Position numbers and translations under genes: made by a program. Source: a virus (lineage: Duplodnaviria; Caudoviricetes). From it: DNA of 36,254 nucleotides. Shown piece after piece: positions 1 through 6,142 of the stretch. Where the stretch lies: positions 1 through 36,254 of the IMG/VR virus record IMGVR_UViG_3300023223_000317; one strand, written 5' to 3'. Each line of letters starts with the position of its first letter. Within the stretch, counting starts at the first letter, position 1. The notes under the pieces are model-generated. The model searched no databases, was not told where the DNA came from, and saw only the letters and a list, made by a program, of their open reading frames with translations.

Positions 1-144
1 GGTGATCAGAACGGCTTAAGCACAAGGCTTCAGGGCACCGATCAAAGAGGACTAATTGCTTCCCCTATACTTTTTCGCTTATCAGAGCGATCTGTATTAG
101 AATATTCGCATGTAGAATAGTATGCAAGTATTATTTTATGGAGG
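1..144. repeat. Terminal direct repeat, left copy (144 bp)
   Basis: Identical to 36111-36254 (ggtgatcaga...ttatggagg); indicates a circular or complete contig with unit length 36110. Confidence 0.97.
99..127 (-). promoter_or_regulatory. Putative sigma70 promoter driving the HNH-AP2 leader across the junction
   Basis: Minus strand TTGCAT-17 nt-TATTCT; the same site recurs at 36209-36237. Confidence 0.5.
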
Positions 145-368
145 CTAAAATGATTTGCACTAGTTGCGGAGAAGACGAAACAAAAACTACGTTTTACAAA
201 GCGTTGAGTGGTTACCGTCAGCCTTGTTCCACGTGCCTCAATTTATCCGCAAGAGAAAAGAGAGCGGTAGGACAGGCTTTTGAGCGTGAAATCTTTAGCC
301 AGGATGGTGGGTACTATTCTGACAACACTCCGGCCCTGCTCAAGATGATGCGACCAACTAAACTTTAA
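138..368 (+). CDS. Small Cys-rich (zinc-finger-like) hypothetical protein
   Basis: CTSC...CSTC motifs; GGAGG at 140-144 suggests the true start is ATG 150. Confidence 0.65.
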   Translation: MEAKMICTSCGEDETKTTFYKALSGYRQPCSTCLNLSAREKRAVGQAFEREIFSQDGGYYSDNTPALLKMMRPTKL

Positions 369-519
369 CTGGCCGCCAATGGCAAACATTATCAATAGCT
401 ACCCACGATGTAACCTCGTTTATCCTGCTGGCTGGAGTGGGGTTATTTAGCTTGTGATGACAAAGAGTTATCACCCCGTAAGACATTTTATCAAGCTGAT
501 CTTGTAGTTTCTTATCCAT
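358..519 (-). CDS. Hypothetical protein (53 aa, MDKKLQDQLDK...)
   Basis: Hand-translated; follows 526..822 by 6 nt on the same strand; below the ORF-track size cut-off. Confidence 0.45.
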   Translation of the reverse strand: MDKKLQDQLDKMSYGVITLCHHKLNNPTPASRINEVTSWVAIDNVCHWRPVKV

Positions 520-525
520 GATTAA

Positions 526-822
526 TTACTCTAAATCAAGCCAAGGCGACCAATCCCGTTCATCGCCCTCTGCTTTCTCAATCACCGCTAAAGCTTGAGT
601 TAAAACGGCTATTTGATGTACGAGGTCACGCTTGTCACTACCAGCAGTTTCATCACGAAATTCGCCTTTAAAGCATGTTGTGTATTTATCTTGGTCTACT
701 GAGCGCCTTTCCCCGTTATTTTCACCGCAACAAAAGAATGAAGCGTTATTATCAGATGCAATAATAGATAGGCTTATGCAGTCCTTTCTCCCTCTTGGGC
801 AGTCATAAGGTATTTTCATCAT
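526..822 (-). CDS. Hypothetical protein, Cys-rich N-terminus
   Basis: ORF track; 4-nt start/stop overlap with 819..1091. Confidence 0.7.
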   Translation of the reverse strand: MMKIPYDCPRGRKDCISLSIIASDNNASFFCCGENNGERRSVDQDKYTTCFKGEFRDETAGSDKRDLVHQIAVLTQALAVIEKAEGDERDWSPWLDLE

Positions 823-1091
823 TCTAATGCCTCGGCCAGGATTGAATCACGTTCTTGTAGCTCGAGATTAACAACAAAGTCATGTTGTGACATTATCATC
901 TCAGCCAGCATCATTCTGCGACCTGACCGGCAATCTAGCGACCAACCATGACAAACCCTATCGTCATCCCATCCAGCCACATAAAAAAGACTTCTAAGCT
1001 CTCCAGATTCGGCCTGTTCCAATAGCTTGCGTAGTGAATTAATAGTATTTTGATTTGGCGACCTGTCTTTAATGTCTTCCAGCTTAGCCAT
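819..1091 (-). CDS. Phage hypothetical protein
   Basis: AAGGA SD; LRKLLEQAESGELRSL helix typical of small phage proteins. Confidence 0.75.
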   Translation of the reverse strand: MAKLEDIKDRSPNQNTINSLRKLLEQAESGELRSLFYVAGWDDDRVCHGWSLDCRSGRRMMLAEMIMSQHDFVVNLELQERDSILAEALE

Positions 1092-1113
1092 GACGGTTCC
1101 TTTTAAATGACAA

Positions 1114-1281
1114 TCAACTTAACAGATTTTCCAGTGCTATACATGCCGTACAAGGCCGGTTATCGATATCAGGGCCATTACAGACGCTACACTCTTTTAT
1201 CTCTTGCAGTAATGCCTTACGGAATTCTGGATTTTCTAACAGCTCATCTACTGTATCTTTAAAGTCTCTTGTTAATGGCAT
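1114..1281 (-). CDS. Small protein: antitoxin-like N-terminus (MPLTRDFKDTV...PEFRKALLQE) plus CxxC...CxxC tail
   Basis: Start revised to ATG at 1281 (GAGG SD at 1287-1290); N-terminus resembles HI1420/HigA-type addiction antidote proteins but no HTH follows. Confidence 0.6.
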   Translation of the reverse strand: MPLTRDFKDTVDELLENPEFRKALLQEIKECSVCNGPDIDNRPCTACIALENLLS

Positions 1282-1351
1282 ATAGACCTCATTAAAAACC
1301 GCATTGATTAAGCATACCACACAATTAATTCATCCCCGCGCTGATATTAAC

Positions 1352-1379
1352 TTGCAATATTGGTGGATTAGCATAGAAT
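1352..1379 (+). promoter_or_regulatory. Putative sigma70 promoter
   Basis: TTGCAA-16 nt-TAGAAT; the predicted start near 1385 coincides with the first base of the following stem. Confidence 0.6.
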
Positions 1380-1384
1380 TGATA

Positions 1385-1449
1385 GTGCTGGGTGCAAGAC
1401 ACTTTGTTCCCATAGAAGAGGTTTTCCCCTTGGTTCGCCTCCCCAGCAC
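1385..1449 (+). ncRNA. C4-antisense-like or leader RNA module
   Basis: 8-bp closing stem GTGCTGGG/CCCAGCAC enclosing hairpins GTG-caaga-CAC and GAGG...CCTC with a pyrimidine-rich loop. Confidence 0.5.
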
Positions 1450-1534
1450 ACGATTTAATAAGAATGAAGGGCGTGTTTAAGCAGCTAAGGGTATGCAGTA
1501 CCTTTCCAATTATACCCCAAAACCGTTTTAAGCA

Positions 1535-1667
1535 GAGTTGTTATTTGTGGTGGCGATGCCCTGAAATAGCGTAAGGGAAGTCCTGTTGTTCAGGCTGTGC
1601 CGGTTGTGACCCAAGAGCGCGTTAAATACGATACGAGTCACCAGCGCCCCTTCAAATAACAATTCTC
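1535..1667 (+). ncRNA. Multi-branched structured element
   Basis: Closing stem TTGTTATTTG (1538-1547)/CAAATAACAA (1653-1662), then GGCG/CGCC, with internal arms CCCT/AGGG, CCTG/CAGG and GTGAC/GTCAC. Confidence 0.55.
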
Positions 1668-1685
1668 AGTTACATTCAATAACCA

Positions 1686-2325
1686 GGCTGATCCTGACGA
1701 AAACGCAGCCGACCAAAGTAACGTATAACTACCGCACCAGCCAGTAAGCCGAAAGGAAACTGGCAAAGCATGGTCTTAGATCGTGTGGATATAGAGGGGT
1801 GTGGACTGCTCACCACAAGGGGCAGGGCATAAACAGGCGTATGGTGATATATGAAATTGCACTTTACAAAAAAAGATTTCAAGATTGATTGGTTTAGCGG
1901 GACTGGCGCAGGTGGCCAGCATCGTAATAAACACCAGAACTGTTGTCGAATTACTCATATCGAGACAGGACTGCGCGCTCAAGGTACGGAAGCAAGAGAG
2001 CGTATATCCAATCAGAAGAAAGCTTTTGAACGTCTAACTAGATTACTAACATCTCATTATTCTGCTGACCCTGAAGGGCGTAGAAATACCTCAGAAGTCA
2101 TTCGTAACTATCATGCCGAAAGGAATGAGGTTAAGGATAAAGTTTCGGGTAAAACTATGCTTTATACAGATGTTGTCGGGAAAGGCGATATTGGCGAGAT
2201 GATAGAAGCTAGACGGCGTGCAATGATTGAAAAGTAGGGCAGTCCGGCAAGACTGAGTAATAAACTGTGACCTGATAAGTGTAGTTATATGATTAGTGGG
2301 CTATAGGATTATGGTAGGGATCACC
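1686..2325 (+). ncRNA. Long-range nested pairing domain enclosing the release-factor-like ORF
   Basis: Co-linear helices 1689-1695/2317-2323, 1707-1716/2293-2302 (2 mismatches), 1722-1732/2281-2291 and 1802-1811/2237-2246; GAAA tetraloop hairpin at 1740-1764. Confidence 0.5.
1851..2237 (+). CDS. Minimal class-1 peptide chain release factor homologue (GGQ peptidyl-tRNA hydrolase domain)
   Basis: SGTGAGGQHRNK...CRITHIETG...R...NQKKAFERL is the RF-1 catalytic domain signature; IRNYH...RNEVKD resembles the RF1/RF2 IRTYN...RVTD segment. Confidence 0.92.
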   Translation: MKLHFTKKDFKIDWFSGTGAGGQHRNKHQNCCRITHIETGLRAQGTEARERISNQKKAFERLTRLLTSHYSADPEGRRNTSEVIRNYHAERNEVKDKVSGKTMLYTDVVGKGDIGEMIEARRRAMIEK

Positions 2326-2370
2326 AACCCCTCTAATTGATAGCTATGCTTAATTAATGAGGAGAATGAA

Positions 2371-2559
2371 ATGTATGTGAATACCCCACCAAAACGATGC
2401 AGAAAGTGTGATTCTCTCCGTAACGAGACATTTACACAACCGGACGTGACTGGCATTAGGTGTTTGAAATGTGGACATGAGAGCCGAACAGTAACTACAC
2501 ATACTGAAAGTAGTGAATCTATAAAGTGGATAAGCACTGAAGTCAATAACGTATTTTAA
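2371..2559 (+). CDS. Zinc-ribbon hypothetical protein
   Basis: CRKC...CLKCGH; GAGGAG SD. Confidence 0.7.
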   Translation: MYVNTPPKRCRKCDSLRNETFTQPDVTGIRCLKCGHESRTVTTHTESSESIKWISTEVNNVF

Positions 2560-2581
2560 TGTCTACTATGGGAGAAAGGAA

Positions 2582-2806
2582 ATGAGCTTCACTATAACCG
2601 AAGAAGAGAAGGCTGCTTATAGGGCGTTGTGGAAATCAGAAGGTAAGCCAGTAACCCAAGCTAAAGAAGACCCTATGCCCATCACCGTTGAGTATCTACT
2701 TAAGCAGCGTGAGCGTGAGAATGAATTGATACTTGAGATGAAGGCGGAGATTAGCACCCTGAAAAGCCAGCTAAACAATTGTCGGCAGAAACGCAAAGGA
2801 GACTGA
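2582..2806 (+). CDS. Hypothetical coiled-coil protein
   Basis: AAGGA SD; heptad-like C-terminus. Confidence 0.7.
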   Translation: MSFTITEEEKAAYRALWKSEGKPVTQAKEDPMPITVEYLLKQRERENELILEMKAEISTLKSQLNNCRQKRKGD

Positions 2807-2807
2807 T

Positions 2808-3020
2808 ATGTGGAACTTTGAACTAGTTAAAAAGTTTATGGCTCAGAAGTGCGAGTGCGGCCAGCAGCGTAGATGTGAGATACAGAAGCGTTTAACAATC
2901 ACTGGCAATGGCGTGACCGCTGTACCGGCAGAGGCTTATATGAAGTGTGGTAAATCTCGCAAGCAGCTATTGGGGGTCAAAGCGTTAGAGCAGAAGCTTT
3001 CATCAAGCAGAGTGAAATAA
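2808..3020 (+). CDS. Hypothetical protein
   Basis: GGGAG SD; starts 1 nt after the previous stop. Confidence 0.65.
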   Translation: MWNFELVKKFMAQKCECGQQRRCEIQKRLTITGNGVTAVPAEAYMKCGKSRKQLLGVKALEQKLSSSRVK

Positions 3021-3023
3021 ACA

Positions 3024-3052
3024 TTGACGGTATCGCGTTACTGTATTACATT
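3024..3052 (+). promoter_or_regulatory. Putative sigma70 promoter followed by a short hairpin
   Basis: TTGACG-17 nt-TACATT; ATGTAGA/TCTACAT inverted repeat just downstream. Confidence 0.55.
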
Positions 3053-3097
3053 TATGTAGAGTTTGTTTCTACATGAATTTTAACTGAGGATATTGAG

Positions 3098-3424
3098 ATG
3101 AAACCAGAAAAAACAAAGAAAGGATTAACGTTTTTCCCTGTTCCAGAATTCAGTGGCGTTGATGCTGCTTTTGGAGCGGATGAGTCTCGTTATTTCGACC
3201 GACATGACCTGCCAGAAGTGCCGGGAAAATACGAGGCTATGGCTAATGACCTTATGTTCAATGGCGGTAGTTTAGAAGGAATTTCTGAAAAGGTTGATGG
3301 CGCCGCCGCCACAACAGCTGTTAGAGCATGGCTTTCCAGTTGGGCGCCGGCTCACGAGGCGAAGGTTGCCACTGTTGGTTACGCCCTTTGGCTATGGAGC
3401 GATGATGAGGCGTTGAGCGTATAA
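3098..3424 (+). CDS. Phage hypothetical protein
   Basis: GAGGA SD; 108-aa ORF. Confidence 0.8.
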   Translation: MKPEKTKKGLTFFPVPEFSGVDAAFGADESRYFDRHDLPEVPGKYEAMANDLMFNGGSLEGISEKVDGAAATTAVRAWLSSWAPAHEAKVATVGYALWLWSDDEALSV

Positions 3425-3441
3425 CGAACGGAACCAGAATT

Positions 3442-3600
3442 ATGGCAAAGAACAAAGCAGCAATGATGCGCAGACTACGCAGAGAGCGCAAAGAGCAGGG
3501 GTTGGTCGAGTTGCGAGCATGGCTAACCCCTGATCACAAGTCAGTCATAGAGAGGCAGATAGAGTGCTTAAAGCGGGGCGCCGATGGAAATAATTCTTAA
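3442..3600 (+). CDS. Small basic protein, DUF3018/ribbon-helix-helix-like
   Basis: Hand-translated MAKNKAAMMRRLRRERKEQGLVELRAWLTPD...; the R..R..GL.....W pattern resembles DUF3018-type proteins. Confidence 0.55.
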   Translation: MAKNKAAMMRRLRRERKEQGLVELRAWLTPDHKSVIERQIECLKRGADGNNS

Positions 3601-3979
3601 TACCGGAAAATACCACCAGATCGACGATGCCGACATAATCAAGTGGGTATCACTCTATCCAGCTATAGATGTACATCAAGAGCTAAACAAGATGATAGCC
3701 TGGTGCGATGCTAATAAGTCTAAGCGCAAGACTGCAAAGGGTGTTAGCCGGTTTATCGTGAATTGGCTATCCAGGGCGCAAGACAAGGGTGGTAGCGGCA
3801 ATCCTGCGCAATACAATAATCAGCCAATGACTAATGCCAGTGATCTTCAGACGGATCTATCGTGGGTGCCAGAGGGCGAGCTAAAGGAGCAGACAAAGGC
3901 GCTGTTTATCAGCAAGTATGGCTTCTATTCTATAGCCGGTCAGCGAGTAACTGCAGCGCCGAAGATGATAGCTAATTAG
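3584..3979 (+). CDS. Replication-initiator C-terminal-like domain protein
   Basis: YPAIDVHQELNKMIAWCDANKSKRKT...RFIVNWLSRAQD resembles the C-terminal domain of phage replication (O/DnaT-like) proteins. Confidence 0.65.
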   Translation: MEIILNTGKYHQIDDADIIKWVSLYPAIDVHQELNKMIAWCDANKSKRKTAKGVSRFIVNWLSRAQDKGGSGNPAQYNNQPMTNASDLQTDLSWVPEGELKEQTKALFISKYGFYSIAGQRVTAAPKMIAN

Positions 3980-4018
3980 TAAATCTGTACCTCACGCGAT
4001 ATTAGATTGGAGAATGAA

Positions 4019-4204
4019 ATGCAGAACAATATAGAGATAGATTTCGGTAATGATGGTTTTAAAATCCAAGCAGTTCTACAGATGGACGGAAATCAGTGGT
4101 GTGTTGGAGTCGGTGATAATTTGCAGCAAGGGCTTTATGAGTTTGGTGACACACCCATGATGGCAATCAATAAGTTTAAAGATGCCTTCCGTAACGCTAA
4201 GTAA
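4019..4204 (+). CDS. Hypothetical protein
   Basis: ORF track 4007..4204; GGAG SD favours ATG 4019; DGNQWCV...NLQQG...FGDTP motif seen in small phage proteins. Confidence 0.7.
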   Translation: MQNNIEIDFGNDGFKIQAVLQMDGNQWCVGVGDNLQQGLYEFGDTPMMAINKFKDAFRNAK

Positions 4205-4226
4205 TGTACTTTGAGGTGAATTAAAA

Positions 4227-4448
4227 ATGTTAAATAAATGTGATTTATTGATTCCAGCTATTAGGCAATATCAGCACAATGATGGCGAAGGATTAGTTAT
4301 GGCATACGACCAGCGCGAAACGCAAAAGCTGGTATATGAATTAATTCAAAGGATCGAGAAGCTAGAAAATGGGCTAATGGGTTTCAAGACACAATATAGT
4401 CTTAGCCCTTGGATACATCGACAAGTTGATGAGGCAATGGGCCTCTAA
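4227..4448 (+). CDS. Hypothetical protein
   Basis: GAGGTG SD. Confidence 0.75.
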   Translation: MLNKCDLLIPAIRQYQHNDGEGLVMAYDQRETQKLVYELIQRIEKLENGLMGFKTQYSLSPWIHRQVDEAMGL

Positions 4449-4479
4449 CTTTTAATCCTGTACTTTGGAGTGAATTAAA

Positions 4480-4683
4480 ATGATTAACCGGTTTTTAAGG
4501 TGGCACAGGAAACGCTTGGTATTGAGGCTTGCAAGCCAGCCAACGCCAGCAACCAAGGAGCAGCTCATCACCCATTACGAACACATGATGATTAACGCGA
4601 TCAATCAGGAAACAAAATCTGAACAAGCTATGTTGTCCGTAGCAACTGGGGTGTTGAACCTGATTGACCCTATTACCCAATAA
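4480..4683 (+). CDS. Hypothetical protein
   Basis: GGAG SD within the repeated junction. Confidence 0.7.
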   Translation: MINRFLRWHRKRLVLRLASQPTPATKEQLITHYEHMMINAINQETKSEQAMLSVATGVLNLIDPITQ

Positions 4684-4717
4684 TGTACCTCACGCAAAAT
4701 TAGAATTGGAGAAGATT

Positions 4718-5017
4718 ATGAGTGAAAAATACGCACCGACGCAGGCAGGAACTATTACTGGATACTACCCGGAATTCTGTGTTGATGATGTGTGGCAAAG
4801 AATAGAGGTTCATCCAAGAGAGGGCGGAGTACCGGGGGATAAATATTATAGCGGCGTCCTCAGAACAATAGGCCTTTGTAGTTATGAACAAGCCAATGCA
4901 CTTGCGTGGATTTTTGCCGCAGATGCCGCAGCTAACGGTAGGCACATAGATGTGCGGGCGAAGTCGTATGAAGTCTCATACGATATAAAAGCAAAAGAAC
5001 TATCGGATAAATCGTAG
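4718..5017 (+). CDS. Hypothetical protein
   Basis: ORF track 4664..5017; start revised to MSEKY (ATG 4718, GGAG SD). Confidence 0.7.
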   Translation: MSEKYAPTQAGTITGYYPEFCVDDVWQRIEVHPREGGVPGDKYYSGVLRTIGLCSYEQANALAWIFAADAAANGRHIDVRAKSYEVSYDIKAKELSDKS

Positions 5018-5048
5018 TTCTGTACTAAAAGCGACATATAACTACGGA

Positions 5049-5249
5049 GTGATGAAGATCATGAAGAAATTTAACAAAACTGTGTTGATTTTGGTTGTCG
5101 GATTGACCGTGCTGTTATGTGCAGGGTGTAGTGAAATTACCCCAGCACAACTAAAAAGCGCAGATAGTATTTGTGATGAGAAAGGTGGAGTTAGGATGAT
5201 TATGGCTTATGCTCTAAAGTCTAATGTTGTTTGGCGTATAACACGATAG
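5049..5249 (+). CDS. Putative lipoprotein (possibly C-terminally truncated)
   Basis: Basic N-terminus, hydrophobic stretch, lipobox-like CAGC. Confidence 0.65.
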   Translation: MMKIMKKFNKTVLILVVGLTVLLCAGCSEITPAQLKSADSICDEKGGVRMIMAYALKSNVVWRITR

Positions 5250-5257
5250 ATCATTAA

Positions 5258-5266
5258 TGCTATACT
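5258..5266 (+). promoter_or_regulatory. Possible extended -10 promoter for the lysis/late genes
   Basis: TGcTATACT 19 nt upstream of the holin start. Confidence 0.35.
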
Positions 5267-5284
5267 GTCGCAATTGGAGGGATT

Positions 5285-5698
5285 ATGGGCTGGTTAAGTT
5301 TTTTAAAATCAACACCGAAAGCCATTGACGATATATTCGATAAAGATAATGGTCACCTAGCCAAGATTGGTAGCTGGATTGGTAATCAGCAGTTTACTGA
5401 TCAAGAGCAGGCTGAACTAAATGCCAAGATTGGTGAATCAGTGCGCGGTTATGCTGTGGCTACGTTGTCCGAGAATACTGATCGATCTAGGGCGCGGCGG
5501 GAAATGTCGGTATTTATCCTGAAGTTCTATTGCTTGTTGGTATTTATGACCGGCATGACGTACCAATTTGACAAAGAGTGGTCTCAAATTTGGTTTAAAC
5601 TAGCTAGTCTGCCAACACTCGGAGCCTTAGTTGCCGGTGTTGGGCTGTTCTTTTGGGGTACTCATGCGCTTAGGTCTACTAAGCATGGGAAAGATTGA
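5285..5698 (+). CDS. Putative holin (3TM/GTA-holin-like)
   Basis: FTDQEQAE motif and two C-terminal hydrophobic segments ending in FFWG.H.LR; adjacent to a predicted cell-wall enzyme. Confidence 0.7.
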   Translation: MGWLSFLKSTPKAIDDIFDKDNGHLAKIGSWIGNQQFTDQEQAELNAKIGESVRGYAVATLSENTDRSRARREMSVFILKFYCLLVFMTGMTYQFDKEWSQIWFKLASLPTLGALVAGVGLFFWGTHALRSTKHGKD

Positions 5699-6129
5699 TG
5701 AGATTGCTCTTAAGGTCTGCCAGCATTCCCGGCATAGGCACGTTCGGCAGGTGGTATCATGATGGAAAGCCATTGTGCTGTTCAGTTGAGCGTGAGTGGA
5801 AGAACAACGAACCATCAATAAGCTGTATTCCCGCCGGCGATTATCGACTGGAATGGCACGATAGCCCCAAGTATGGCCGGAGACTGCATTTTGTCGCGCC
5901 ATCGTTAGGTGTTACAGTAAGCGGACCATCACAGCGTACACACTGCCTCATACACCCGGCTAATTGGCCTACACAGGTAGAGGGCTGCAACGCTCCAGGG
6001 CTTGTATTCAAAGACAAGGTGCCAGATAGAGGCCTTGGTGTTGCTAGTAGCCGTGTAGCTGTTGAGATATTAGAGGCTTTAGTTCCTGATGATGGCTGTG
6101 ATGTAACTATTGAACGGTATGTGATCTAA
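5695..6129 (+). CDS. DUF5675-like protein, putative endolysin (L,D-transpeptidase-like fold)
   Basis: SCIPAGDYRL...R.H.LIHPANWPTQVEGC with conserved His and Cys. Confidence 0.8.
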   Translation: MMRLLLRSASIPGIGTFGRWYHDGKPLCCSVEREWKNNEPSISCIPAGDYRLEWHDSPKYGRRLHFVAPSLGVTVSGPSQRTHCLIHPANWPTQVEGCNAPGLVFKDKVPDRGLGVASSRVAVEILEALVPDDGCDVTIERYVI

Positions 6130-6142
6130 TCGGGGTTAAATA

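Larger units (their letters stand above)
3986..5025 (+). repeat. Five TGTAC-initiated intergenic junction motifs
   Basis: TGTACCTCACGC at 3986 and 4684; TGTACTTTG(AG/GA)GTGAATTAAAA at 4205 and 4459; TGTACT at 5021; each lies just after a stop and before an SD and start. Confidence 0.8.

Noticed and set aside
1385-1449. tRNA gene (GGTTCG resembles a T-loop)
   Set aside because: No proper D arm, anticodon arm or T stem geometry, and no CCA end
1686-1765. Hammerhead ribozyme (CTGA...GAAA)
   Set aside because: CTGACGA is followed directly by AAA with no stem II, and I could not build stems I and III around a cleavage triplet
1676-1982. Minus-strand ORFs 1676..1882 and 1776..1982
   Set aside because: Antisense to the RF gene and the structured region; no SD or recognisable motifs
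1680-2330. Group I or II intron, or tmRNA, around the RF gene
   Set aside because: No recognisable P7 core, domain V or tmRNA acceptor ends, and no interrupted host gene; kept only as an unclassified structure
2281-5045. Perfect 11-nt inverted match GTAGTTATATG (2281) / CATATAACTAC (5035) as ends of an invertible or mobile segment
   Set aside because: A single short AT-rich match with no recombinase nearby; the 2281 arm is better explained by nested pairing with 1722-1732
3980-5050. CRISPR array or mini-array
   Set aside because: Repeats are short and degenerate, and are separated by whole genes rather than 30-40 nt spacers
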